Assembly: GCF_036321535.1 (NCBI RefSeq)
Contig: NC_087437.1
Span: forward strand, 102,922,001 to 102,986,000
Source of the DNA: Camelus dromedarius
Lineage: Eukaryota
Reading direction: 5' to 3'
DNA: 64,000 bases
Shown here: positions 14,193-26,652 of the stretch, in pieces
Numbering within the stretch: position 1 is the stretch's first letter
Layout of the letters: every line of letters begins with the position of its first letter
Made by a program: the position numbers and the translations under genes
Notes under the pieces: generated by a model
The model's input: the letters and a program-made list of their open reading frames with translations, nothing else
Told to the model about the DNA's origin: nothing
The model's database searches: none

Positions 14193-15039
14193 AATACAAC
14201 CAGAAATGGAAATGCTAGCATCCCTGAGATTCCCCTAGACAAGTTCATCCCTAGCATTTTTGCAATTCTCTGTTTACAGTACTGAGATGTTTTGCACTCC
14301 ACATATCTTATGGTGGAATATTCTATATTTTGGTTTGAAATTGAAAAACAAATCCTGAAAGAATATTAACATTTTATGAATGACAGTGAAGTTCTAGAGA
14401 AAACTATCTTTGGCTTTTTGAAACAGAATCTGGGACTTGCACGGAAGCTTAAAAGCTATAATTCTAAATACCCAGAATGATTGAATTCCTCTGACAATGG
14501 CTCTATTAAAAAAGTAGACATATTGCCGGAACCTCTGTAACGAGAAGCACAACCCCCAAACAATACCTGTGCATCTTTGCTCAAATGATGGAAGTGCTTT
14601 ATAAAAATTAAGCCAAAATCTATATTTTTATAACTTTTTTTTTTACTGTTTCTAGTTCTCATTTTGGGGGTATTATAACATGAAACGAGGCCTTTCCAAT
14701 CTATTTTTCCTCCAGACATTTAACTAAAATATATACTCCTTTAGAGCTATTTCCAAAGCTAATTTATCATAATTCCTTTACTTCTTATTCATGTTAATAT
14801 TCATTAATTCATTTTTGAAGAAATATTGATTGAGAGATTGCTCTGTGCCTGGCACTGTGTGAGATGTGAGGGATCAAGTGCTGAGTCAAACAGACAAATC
14901 CCTGCCCTTGTCTTCCTCCACTGTAATGGGAGGGACGGACAGTTCCCAGATAAATAAACATTGTGCTGATAGATTATGTTAAATTCTGTGAATACAGCAG
15001 AGAAAGATTTGAGTTGGTAATAAAGTAAGATCACTGAGT

Positions 15040-16750
15040 CTTCATCATGTGCCAGGCACTATTTTAAGTACTCTTTTTGCACTACTGTATTTCATTCTTA
15101 TAACAAGCTGGTTAGCTAGTATTTTGCGTTTCCCTTCAACTACCCTCAGGCCGCATCGCTCACTAGAAGGACTCAGGGGACCCAGGAAAGCTCCTATTTT
15201 TGTGATACAGTTCATTATAGTGAAACGATGTAGATCAAAGTTGGCAAAAGGGAATGGTGCATTGGGCAAAGTCCAGGAGAAGCCAGGTATAATTTCAGAG
15301 TGTGCCCCCCATTGGTGTCACCTGGGGACACACTGAATTCTCCCAGCAGTGATGCGTGGCAACGCATGCAAAGTGCTATTAATATGGGAAGTTCATCCAA
15401 GCCTTGGTGTGCAGGAGATGCACTGGGATCACTCCCATAGGCGTATAGCACCCTCATGACTGACTTTAGCTACTCCGACTCCAGCACCTTCCCAGAGCAC
15501 AACCAGACATGCAGCGTAAATCACATTGCTTGTCCAAACTGATACCCAGTGGCCAAAGGCCTAAGGGATTCAAAACTCTTCTTATTGAGCAAATTATTTC
15601 CAAAGGATAGAAGGTTATCTTTAAAGAACCAGCCAACCTCTTTCTCTTAGAATGTGAAGGAGTAGAACAACCCAGATCTGCTGAGTTAAACCTTTACATT
15701 TTAGTCTGCCTGCCTGGCCCTGGCCTAGGCTCTCTTACAGTAAAACAATCATATCTTTTTGATCACCTACACTGAGTATAGTTTTTATATTTCCTTCGCA
15801 CAAAAAATCAGTAAGAATTACAGAATGTATTTTTATGCCTTCTCAACAGACTCAGCCCTTGACATTATATCATATATATATATTATGGACAAACATCATT
15901 GACATTGGCCATGATTCAGTTATTTCTGGGTTCCAAGTCAGTTGGGGAATGAAACCAGTCACTCTCTCTTAGTCACAGGCTTGTACTGAGACTGGAGGCG
16001 GGTGATCACACCTAGCTGTAATTTAGTTTGAGTATGCCAAAAGACCTCCCATAACCTTTCTTGTCTTAAGATAGGGTCATTCCCTAGGGCATTTAGGATC
16101 CATTCTGTGCTGCCTACTGCCGTGTGAAACTCATTGTCTTTTTCAAATCTTTTCATCCGTAAACACAAAGATGATATGTGTTTGTGCACACCACGCTGTG
16201 GCACAGTGGGCATGCAGTTACCTATTTTGTTCATCACAACCGGGGGCCTCGCTAAGCACTGGTTCATCAAGGTTAAAAGTCACGTGGTGGAATTGTACAC
16301 CACCTCACAGTCTGGTGGTGTACCGGGGAGTAGTTTACAGACATTTCTTCCCAAGTGATAGCGTTTGTCGTAGATGTAATGAAAAAAACAAGCGTCAAAA
16401 GATTACACTACTAGAATTCCACTCAGTCATCCGCAGTTAGTCCAGATCATCATCATATTCTATGACCAAAATGTTTCCCAGAATGAAACATTATGTTTAT
16501 AGGTTACCATTTGACTCTGTCAGGTTCTGAAAGTAGAGGATGTCTTGGCAAATTTATGGTTTCACCTTTTTGGGCAGCTGCTAGAATTGTGCCAAGAGGC
16601 CTTTCTTTGGAATATGCAGAGTTTGAACAACCCAGGCCTGTAGAGTTAACCTGTTACTACCCAGCTAGCTACTATTTGTATCTCCAATTGACAGTTGGAG
16701 AAACTTGGACATGAGGTTGATAACCTCCTCAATGTCCAATGACTCAACTT
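15040..16750 (-). mobile_element. MIR SINE split into about 15040-15119 and 16664-16750
   Basis: ATGTGCCAGGCACTATTTTAAGTACT... continues after the ERV as CTACTATTTGTATCTCCAATTGACAGTTGGAGAAACTTGGACA. Confidence 0.65.
15120..16663 (-). mobile_element. Internally deleted ERVL-class provirus (MER68/MER77-like LTR, internal segment, remnant of second LTR)
   Basis: 5-bp TSD GCTAG (15115-15119, 16664-16668). The LTR terminal segment occurs twice (15640-15698 and 16601-16663; GAACAACCCAG..CTG..GAGTTAA). The LTR body resembles remembered MER68. Confidence 0.75.
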
Positions 16751-18199
16751 CATAAAGGCTAGTCAAAGAAGGTTCTGAGGGGGTGACATTTAAATAAAGC
16801 CAAGAGAATGGAACAGTTAACCATAAAAATAATAGAATGGCACTCCAGATGAAGGAGTAATCAGTGTGAAACAGGGGAAATCTCTGAAATTCAGGGAAAT
16901 AGGGAAAGTTAAATGAGGATATAACATAGTCAAGGGTGAGTGGGGCGAAAATGGTGAGAAATGAAATTTAAGAAATGGTCAGAGCTCGATTATGCAGGGC
17001 TTCACAAGTGTTTGTGAGTAAGAAATTAGAATGACTCTGTAAGTGTTACATTATGGTTGGAAAGAAGAGACAATGCTTGAAAGTAGATTACAGTATTCTA
17101 GGTAGGGTGATTGTTACCAATGCAGCAGGACATGCATTTTGAGTTAAATTTTGGAGGTAAAATTCAGAGCACCATGGAGATGCTTAGGATACACTGGTGA
17201 AAAATCAAGGATATAAAGCTCTGTCCTTACTGATCTTATATTCTGTTTGAAAGAGACTACTGACAATAAATATAACAAACTTGCAATTTATATATTACAG
17301 GTGTAGGTAATGTAGAAAATAAAACAGGGTAAGAGAGATTAGGAGTTGAGGATAAGAAAGATATACTGCATTCACTTGAGTGGTCATTGTGGTCTCACCA
17401 AAAAAGTAGCATTAGAACCAGACAACTTGATTTTCTTCTTTTAACATTAATTTGCTTCTTTTATAATCTGTTTCAATATCCTCTACCTGGTTAGGTTTTT
17501 AGGTGTTGTAATCCACACAACAAAATTGTATTTTGTTTCTTTCCTTAATGCTTCATTATCTCCAAGCAGTAGTTTATCCTTCACCATACTGCATCTCTTT
17601 TTAAAAGTTTCGTTGGGTGTAATAGAATCTTTCTGGTTATTTATAATATTCAGACTTGAGTTCTGTCTCATCAAATTGTATTGATACCTCTGTAAAAAAT
17701 ATTTACATCATTTGTCATAACCTGTGAAGTACTCTGCTCTAATTGTTGTTTTATCTCTTACTGATGTTCATACTTTTACTGTTCTATGTCTTCCCTCTTT
17801 CTTTTTCTTTTTTTTCATATATTGCTAATATCTACAACAATGGTTTTCATTTTGGGGGGAAGTGGTATAAGGTGGAAAAAGGGACTTTTGGATGGGTAAA
17901 TGGGAATTAAATTGAATGTTCTTGTTTAGCTTCCAGAGAGGCCTTCCAGTGTTACCTAAAACAGCAGTGGTATTCTCTCTTTCACTTTTCTCTTGAAATC
18001 TGTATCGTTATCAGATACCCAAAAAAAAAAAAAAATCATGATTAGATACAGTTTTTAAAACAGAGAAAAGGAATATTTCTGAAAGCCATATGATTTAAAT
18101 TCACATGATGAGTGAGTCTGCTTTTAGTTGACTAATTTAAAAGAAAGATACCACATTTTCAATATATTTTCCTTAAAACTCTTATGAACTTTCACTTTT

Positions 18200-19481
18200 G
18201 AAAGCTAGAAAAAGAACAGATTAATTGAAAGTAACCAGAAGAAAAATAATAAAAATTAGAGCAGAGAACAAAGAGATTGAAAATAAGAAATCAATAGAGA
18301 CGAGCAAAACCAAAAGCTGTTTTTTAAAAGATAAAAAAAAAAGTTGATAAGGCTCTAGTCAAGCAGAGAGAAAAGGAGAGAAAACACAAATTGCTAATAT
18401 CAGAAATGAAAGAGGATCCTCAATGCAGATTGCATAGGCATTAAAATAATAATAAGAGAATACTGTGAAAAATTCTATAATCACAAATTTGAAAGATGAA
18501 ATGGACAAATTCCTTGAAAAACACATCTGCTCAAACTCACACAAGAAGAAATAGACAATCTGAATAAGCATAAATCTATTTAAGACATTGAATCAATATT
18601 TAATAAAGTTCCAGAAGAGAATGCACCAGGCCCAGATGGGTTCACTGGTGAATTCTACCAATTAAGGAAGCAAATACGTCACTTTGCAACAGTCTCTCCC
18701 AGGATATAGAATTAGAAGCAATGCCTCCTAATTCATCTATTAGACCTGCATGACTAAGGCCAGGCAAAGTCATTATTAGAAAAGAAAATTACAGACCAGT
18801 ATCTTTCATTAACATAGATGTAAAAAAAATCTCAATAAAATACTAGCAAATTGAATCCAACCATGTATAAACAGAATTATACACCATGACCAAGTGGGAC
18901 TTATCCTAGATATTCAAAGCTCTTTCAACAGTTAAAAATAAATCAATGCAATTCAACACATCACTGGCTAAAGAAAAAAAATCACCTAGTCATATTAATA
19001 GATACAGAAAATATTAGATAAAATCTGACACCCATTCATGATTATAAACTTAGAAAAGTTGTAATAGAGAATAACTTCTTCAACTTGACAAAGAACATCT
19101 ACCAAAAACCTTGGTGGGAAAGTTTCATTTCTCACCATTTAGTATGTGTTAGCTGTAGGTTTTCTGTAGATATTCTTTATCAAGATGAATATATCAAGGA
19201 AGAGCTAAATAAATGGAGAAATTCTATGTTCATGGATGGTAAAACTCAATTTGATCAAGAGGTCATTTCTTCCTGATCTGGAATAGCTAACTCAATTGAA
19301 GGAAAAGAATAAAGTTGGAGGACTGACACAACCCAACTTGCAAGACTTACCATAAAGCTAAAGTGATCATGACAGAGTGGCGCTGGTGGCTGCCTTTCCA
19401 GTAGCAAAGGCAGTACAATTGAGCAAATAGAGCCTTTTCTACACGTACTGAAACTATCAGACATTATCATGCATGCGCGCA

Positions 19482-19521
<40 letters not shown>

Positions 19522-20855
19522 GAATCTAGATACAGACCTTATGCCCTTCAAAAAATTAACTCGAAATGGATCACAGACTTCAATGTATAATGGAAAATGC
19601 AGAACTATGAAACTCCTAGAAAATGAAATAGAATAAAGCTTATGCAACTTTGGGCATGACAGTGAGTTTTTAGACTCAATACCAAAGGCACAATCCTTGA
19701 AGGAAAGAATTAATAAACTAAACGTCATTAAAATTTTAAGAAGTTCCACTCTATGAAAGACACTGTCAACAAGACACAGACTGGGAGAATATATTTGCAA
19801 AAGACACAATTGACAAAGGGCTGTTATCCAAAATACACAAAGAACTCAGAAAACTGAACAGTAAGAAAAATGAGCAAACTGATTTTTAAAAATGGTCAGA
19901 AGACATGTACAGAAACCTCACCAAAAAAGATATGCAGATACAAAGTAAGCGTATGAAAAGATATTCAACCTCATAGATCATTAGGGAATTGCAAATTAAA
20001 ATAATGAGATATTACTACACACCTATTAGAATGGCCCAAATCCAAAATGCTGACAGCACCAAGTGCTGGTGAAGATGGATAGCAACTAGAACTCTCTTTT
20101 ACTGGCAGGATACAAAAAGGTACAGGCACTTTGGAAGTCAGTTTGGCAGTATTTTGCAAAACTAAACATAGCCTCACGATATGATCCAGCAGTCACACTC
20201 CTTGATGCTTATCCAACTGAATTGAAAATTTATGTCCACACAAAAACTTTCATATGGATTTTTATAGCAACTTTATTCATAGCTGCACATTAGAAGCAAC
20301 CAGTGACCTTCAGTAAGTGAATAGGTAAGTAAATTGTGATACATCCAGACAATGGACTATTCTTCAGTGCTGAAAGTAAGTGAACTCTTAAGCCATGGAA
20401 GAACATGGAGGAAATTTTACATGCTTGTTACCAAGTGAAAAGAAGCAATCTTAAAAGGCTACATATTTTAGTTATTCCAAGTATATAATATTTTGGAAAA
20501 AAACAAAACTATGGACACTGCAGTAATATCAGGGATTTCTAGAAGTTGGGGAGTGAGGGACAAATAGGCAGACCACTGAGAATTTTTAGGGCAGTGAAAC
20601 TTCTATATAATGGATGGTGGATGCATGTCATTGTATATATTTGTCAAAGACCAAGAATGAACTCTAATGTAAACTGTGGACTTTGGACAATAATGCGTCA
20701 ATGTAGGTTCACTGATACAAATATACTGCTCTGCTGGGGGACGTTGACGTTGGGGGAGGTTATTTGCGGGTCAGAACTCTCTCCGTATTTCCCACTCATT
20801 TTTGCTGTGAACCTAAAAGTGCTCTAAAAGAAAGTTTATATATTAAAAAAAAAAA
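18200..20855 (+). mobile_element. 5'-truncated LINE-1, L1MC1/2-like (ORF2 remnant, 3'UTR, poly(A))
   Basis: ORF2 DNA motifs CACCAGGCCCAGATGGGTTCACTGGTGAATTCTACCA and TACACCATGACCAAGTGGGA. The 3' end is TTTTGCTGTGAACCTAAAAGTGCTCTAAAAGAAAG plus an A-tail. Contains (CA)n at about 19480-19519. Confidence 0.92.
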
Positions 20856-21189
20856 TTACGGAATCAGTTTTGACCACCTTCCTTTTATCATAAGGGTGCT
20901 TGGACACATATTTCAGCTTTAATCTTTGATATTGTAATAGATTACATGGTCAATTAGATAAGGGTGTGGTAATACATTTATAATGTGACAGTTTCAGCCT
21001 TTGGTATGATTAATTACCATGCATTAAACATTGGCTGAGAAACCACACTCAGTAATGATCATAGGATTATTACTATTTGAAAAGGGTTCTAAACTGGGGG
21101 AAGATGAAGACCTGTAGTATGTTTTCTTATTTCAAATTGCAAATGCCTGTACTGCAATGCCTAGTAAATGGTGAGGCGTTAGTAACAGC

Positions 21190-21455
21190 ATAATAGTAAT
21201 AAAAAACTAAACTGTAATGAGCATTCTGTATGCCGGACACCGGTAGTAAGAGACATCACGTGAATAAATTTAGTTTTTTCCTCAAATATCCCTGTTTGGT
21301 AGGGTACATTTTGTCCCATTTTGGCATTCGGGAAATTGTGAGGCACTCAGAGGTAAAGTAAATTGCTCAGTCACACAGATAGGAAATGTTAGTGTTGGAG
21401 GAAGTGGTCTTGCTTCCAGGATATCGCCTGTAGCTACTTTACTATATTGTTTCCC
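21190..21455 (-). mobile_element. MIR SINE
   Basis: CCCATTTTGGCATTCGGGAAATTGTGAGGCACTCAGAGGTAAAGTAAATTGCTCAGTCACACAG, a degenerate MIR core. Confidence 0.65.
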
Positions 21456-21827
21456 ACCTTCATCTTTTGTCTGTCATGATCACTCTTGACTTTTACTTGA
21501 CTCACTTCTTGAGTTTTAAAGAAAATATTTCATTCTCCCATTTTCTAGGTCGGTAGCCATCTGCAAAGATCACTAGGTGAAGAGACACAAAACACAACAA
21601 GGAATATCTCAGAAGTATCTTCTATGGATTCAAGGTTGTGGAATACAGTTGACAGAATTAAAACATGGGATAACTAGTTTACCTGAGAATGCTAATGCGG
21701 GCAACAGAAAGGTCAATGTGAATCAACAGAATGTTACTTTGGTAGCTACAGAATAAATGGGATTGTGCTAATTAATGTATGTACTAACAGGTTTATACAC
21801 TATGTTTCAAGAACTTCTACTCCTTAC

Positions 21828-22020
21828 ATTTTTTTAACATTTTTTATTGATTTATAATCATTTTACAATGTTGTGTCAAATTCCAGTGTTCAGCACAATT
21901 TTTCAGTTATTCATGGACATATACACACTCATTGTCACATTTTTTTCTCTGTGAGTTATCATAACATTTTGTGTATATTTCCCTGTGCTATACAGTGTAG
22001 TCTATTCTACAATTTTGAAA
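21828..22020 (-). mobile_element. Short, young-looking L1 3'-end insertion (camelid L1 type)
   Basis: Poly(T) then TTTATTGATTTATAATCATTTTACAATGTTGTGTCAAATTCCAGTG...TTTCCCTGTGCTATACAGTG. It is homologous to, but distinct from, the L1 3' end at about 24650-24830. Confidence 0.75.
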
Positions 22021-24106
22021 AAGCCTAATCCCTGTAAGCAAATGAATCAAACTTATGTCTTTTATTTCCCAATAACCTTAATAAATCAGCATAGCAGACA
22101 CAGAGTGTGGGTTTCCCACTTATTTCTTTATTTATTTTTTTCGTTCACTAGATCTCTATATATAGACGGTCTTTTTTTTTTTTTTTTCCTTTTCCTAGTG
22201 TAGTGCCCTATTTAAACTTTTTTAGCAAGCTTGCATTTGTTTCCAATTGTTTTCTGACAGAATAGTGACAAAGTCATCAGTTTGGTAAATTAGGAGGAAA
22301 AAATAACAGATTTCCACATGCTGGAGCCTCAGGCTAAAATTAAAAAAAGAAATCTTTAGACATCAGTAACACTCTTATTTAAGACTATCATAATAGTTTG
22401 TGATGTCTTGCAAATCACCCAATAATAAAATCCCTTTATTCTTAGATACATCTATGTCATTTTGATCTAGCTTGATTTTAATCTTTAGGAGATATTTTTA
22501 AATAAGAATTTTTAAAAACTTTTTTTTCCTAGTAATAATTTATCTGTAAGCATGGAAAATTCTTCTATAAAAAGATACAAATAAAACCATTTCTTCTTAG
22601 TATATACTTCCCATGTCCATTGCATACTGCTCAGTTGCAGTTATATAAAAATATATGATCAGTTGGTTGCGATTTATAAAATTTGGCATAATTATATGGG
22701 AGAAGCAAGTATATTGCTTTAAAAATATTTCAACATTTAACTGGGTAAAGTGTTTCCTCTCCTTAACTAAATGACACCATCAATTTCACCTAGAGCTGCA
22801 GGCAATTCATTAATACTTTAGCAGATGAATATATGACATTTAAAATATTTATCTAACTGAAACCTGAAGGTATTAACTGTATCAAACATGCTATTGGCTG
22901 TGATTTTTCTTAAAATTTACAGACATTTGAAATCCCTTTCCCTATATATCTCATAACTTAGATTATTTTCCAAATGCATATTTTATAAGGAAGAAATAAA
23001 TAGTAAAAATTAAATATATTTGTTTAATTCACTTCTATTTGATCCTTGCTGCCTTCGATTTTTACCTTGTAATATTATTTATGAGACTCAATAATAGTGC
23101 ACTTGACTGATGGTTACAGCGTAAAAATGTATCTTCACTTTGCTTTCTTGCATGGGGATTTGAGAGTGCAGAGTAATGTAAATAATTAATGTAACACAAT
23201 GCCTGGAGCAGAGAGGGTATTCAAAAATTGTACAAATGAATTATAAAAATGAAGACATATTGTGTTTTGTATTTATTAACATGCAAGAAAATTTCACTAT
23301 TGATATAGAAATGCATCCTAGAGGGGAACTGTCTGTACTCAGGTGCTAATTCTTTGCTCTTCAGTGGAAAGGAATTGGACAAAGTTCAATGAATTAAACA
23401 TGACAGTGTAATGAAGAGTTAGGTAGTACTCTGTTTCAGAGTAGCAACATATCAGAGTAACACGAACTTGCTTAGAGACATTTTAATAGAAAAATTTTCC
23501 TTTCAATTTACAAAGGTTGTCAATGGCAGTGAGCCTGGTGGTATTCAGTTAGATGTGTATGATGGCAGTGAAGTCAGAAGTAATGCATTGTAAGAACCTT
23601 CATTTAGTGAACACTGAGAGATTCAACAGCGGATGACCTGAAGAATATTACTAGGAAACATGCTAAGTTGGCTTTATTTCTTTAGATTCCCTTAGAGTAA
23701 ATTAAGAACACAACTCCAAAAGCAACGCCATGAAACTTCCTTTGTAAGAGGCCTAGGCAGTTTGACACAGATATCCCGGTATATTAAATCTTGTGTCTTT
23801 CTGAATCCTTGGAATAATAATTAGTATGCTTAGATAAAGAAATATCCCAGATACCTTTCAAACTATCTGTCATAAATTTCATTTGTATCAACCAGACTTC
23901 TGATGAAAATTAAGCAGAGGTCTGTTTGCAGTCATCTTTCACAAGCCTAGATCCTATGGATACATGTGGCTGATAAGTAGCACATCTGTAGGCTTTAAAA
24001 GTCACTAGACCTAGGCTTGACATAGAATTTTGAAAATGAGAGGTTACAGCAAAGCTTTTCCTTAAAGAATCAGCCATTCATCCCTTGTATACAGTATGTT
24101 CTGTCA

Positions 24107-24292
24107 TAGGATTGCCAGATTTAGCAAATAAAAATACTGAATGACTAAATTTGAATTGCAGATAAATAACAAATATTTTCTTACTATAGGTATCTTCCAT
24201 GCAATATTTGGGACATTTATACTTAAAAAAAGTCAATTTTTGTCTAAAAATCAACTTTAACTGGGTTTTCTATATCTAATCTGGCAACTGTA
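24107..24292. mobile_element. MER53-like palindromic hAT MITE
   Basis: Terminal inverted repeats TAGGATTGCCAGATT / AATCTGGCAACTGTA, an internally palindromic body, and about 186 bp length. Confidence 0.85.
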
Positions 24293-24634
24293 TACTGAGA
24301 CAATCTAGGGGCAGACAAGGATGGTCATCATTTCTGTCACATCACCAGTACTGTCTGAGGGATAATGAACCTCCTACAAGACTCCATAGTTCTGGAAGGC
24401 AGCAAGCATGAATTTCTTTTTTTTAATTCCATTTATTCAAAAATTTATTAAGTGCCTCCTGGATGTAAGTGATTCTGCAAGATGCTTGGCAGTGAAAAAT
24501 AGATCACTGCATTTAGGGAGAGAACGGTTTAGCTAGGAGACAGATATTAAACAAAATAAATCAATACAATAATTATAAGCAAAGAAAGATGTTATGAAAT
24601 AAATAAAACAGTAATGCAAAAGAAAGGAACGCCA

Positions 24635-25128
24635 TTTTTATTTTCCTTTTTTGTTAAATTGAAGTAGAGTTGATTTACAATGTTTCAGATGTACAGCAAC
24701 GTGATTCAGTTATAAATATATATCATATATATTCATATATATATTTATATATCTTTTTCAGATTCTTTTCCATTATAGGTTATTACAGTACATTAAATAT
24801 AATTCCCTATGCTATACAGTAGGTCCTTGTGATTTATCTATTTTATATATAGTAATGTGATACTAATTAATCCCAAATTCTCCATTTATCCCTCCCTTAC
24901 TCCCTTTCCCTTTTGGTAACCATAGTTTATTTTCTATGTCTGTGAGTTGATCTCTGTTTTGTAGATATGTTCATTTGTCTCATTTTTTAGATTCCACATA
25001 TCAGTGCTATCATATGATATTTGTCTTTCTCTGTCTGAGTTACTTCACTTAGTATGATAATCTCTAGGTTCATCCATGTTGCTGTAGATGGCATTATTTC
25101 ATTCTTCTTTATGGCTGAATAATATTTC

Positions 25129-25184
<56 letters not shown>

Positions 25185-26197
25185 GTATATAAATGTGTGT
25201 GTGTGTGTGTATACACCACATCTTTTTTGTCCATTTATTTGTCAGTGGACATTTAGGTTGCTTCCATGTCTTGACTATTGTAAATAGTGCTGCTATGAAC
25301 ATTGGGGTGCGTGTATCTTTTTGAATTAGAGTTTTCATCTTTTCTGTATATATGCCCAGGAGTGGGATTGCTGGATCATATGGTAACTCATTTATTAGTT
25401 TTTTAAGGCCCCTCCATACTGGTTTCCATAGTGGCTGTACCAATTTACATTCCCACACAGCAGTGTAGGAGGGTCCCCTTTTCTCTATGCCATTTCTAAC
25501 ATTTATTATTTGTACTTTTTAATGATCGCCATTCTGACCAGTGTGAGGTGATACCTCATAGTTTTGATTTGCATTTCTCTAATAATTAGTGATACTGGGC
25601 ATCTTTTCATTTGCCTGTTGGCCTTCTGTATGTCTTCTTTGGAGAAATGTCTGCTTAGGTCTTCTGCCCATTTTTTGATTGGATTGTTTGTTTCTTTTGC
25701 TATTGAGTTGTATGAGCTGTTTGTATACTTTGGAAATTAAGCCCTTGTTGGTCACATCTTTTGCAAATATCTTCTTCTGGCCCACTTTGTTTATGGCTTC
25801 CTTTGTTGTGCAAAAGCTTATAAGTTTGATTAGGTTCCATTTGTTTATTTTTGCTTTTATTTCTATTGTCTTGGGAGCCTGATCAAAAAAACATTGCTAT
25901 GGTTTATGTTAGAAAATGTTTTGCCTGAGTTCTCTTCTAGGAGTTTTATGATGTCATGTCTTGTGTTTAAGTCTTTAAGTCATTTTGAGTTTACATTTGG
26001 GTATGGTGTGAGGGAGTTTTCTAACTTCATCGGTTTACCTGCAGTTGTCCAGCTTTCCCACCACCACTTGCTAAAGAGACTGTCTTTTCTCCATTGTATA
26101 TTCTTGCCTCCTTTGTCTAAGAGTAATTAACTGTAGATGTGTTGGTTTAATTCTGGGCTCTCTATTCTGTTCCATTGATCCGTATGTCTGTTTTTGT
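24635..26197 (-). mobile_element. 5'-truncated LINE-1 (ORF2 C-terminus and 3'UTR), relatively well preserved
   Basis: ORF 25099-25458 ([11 protein letters not shown]...[13 protein letters not shown]...TPMFIAALFTI.KTWKQPKCP) is the L1 ORF2p C-terminus. ORF 25579-25785 ([15 protein letters not shown]) also matches. Degenerate flanking repeat AGGAACGCCAT / AGGATGGCCAT. Confidence 0.95.
25129..25214. repeat. Compound (TA)n(TG)n microsatellite expanded inside L1
   Basis: Seen directly. Confidence 0.95.
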
Positions 26198-26476
26198 AGG
26201 ATGGCCATCCTTAAATAGAACAGCCAGGGAAAGGCTAGCTGAGGAGACAGACTGAACTGAGCCCTGAATATTAAGATTGATCTGAATTAGTCATACCGAA
26301 ACTTGATAAAAGAGATACTAAAGACTGGGAGTCTATATATAATGATGCCCAAAATCAAGGAAAACAATGTGGAGTGTAAAGGCAAATTATTTCTGGAATA
26401 TAGTGAAAAGTTTTATAGAAAAATTAAATAGGACCCTGCAAGAAATAGTAAGAATTGGGATTTTTCTCTTCTTTTC

Positions 26477-26652
26477 TCTCCTTTCCTTTCCTTTTCCTTT
26501 CCTTTCCTTTCCTTTCCTTTCCTTTCCTTTCCTTTCCTTTCCTTTCCTTTCCTTTCCTTTCCTTTCCTTTCCTTTCCTTTCCTTTCCTTTCCTTTCCTTT
26601 CCCTTCCTTTCCTTTCCTTTCCTTTCCCTTCCCTTCCCTTCCCTTTTTTCCC
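26477..26652. repeat. (TTTCC)n pentanucleotide repeat, about 30 units, grading into (TTCCC)n
   Basis: Seen directly; it explains the four low-complexity ORFs (FPFLS/KGKER) in the track. Confidence 0.97.

Larger units (their letters stand above)
14800..17200 (-). mobile_element. L2 LINE 3' part, split (about 14800-15030 and 16760-17200) by a MIR and an ERV
   Basis: Antisense L2 end ATTCATT...CTCTGTGCCTGGCACTGTG...AAACAGACAAATCCCTGCCCT; resumes as AGTCAAAGAAGGTTCTGAGGGGGTGACATTTAAATAAAG. Confidence 0.7.

Noticed and set aside
19255..19809. Longest ORF in the track (184 aa)
   Set aside because: Antisense reading of L1 ORF2 running through a (CA)n tract; no independent coding signal.
21549..21677. 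Plus-strand acceptor (TTTTCTAG|) followed by a 42-codon open frame
   Set aside because: Peptide not recognised and no supporting upstream exon; indistinguishable from a pseudo-exon.
25099..25785. ORFs with strong protein-like content as a host gene
   Set aside because: They are L1 ORF2p C-terminal remnants, broken by frameshifts and a microsatellite.
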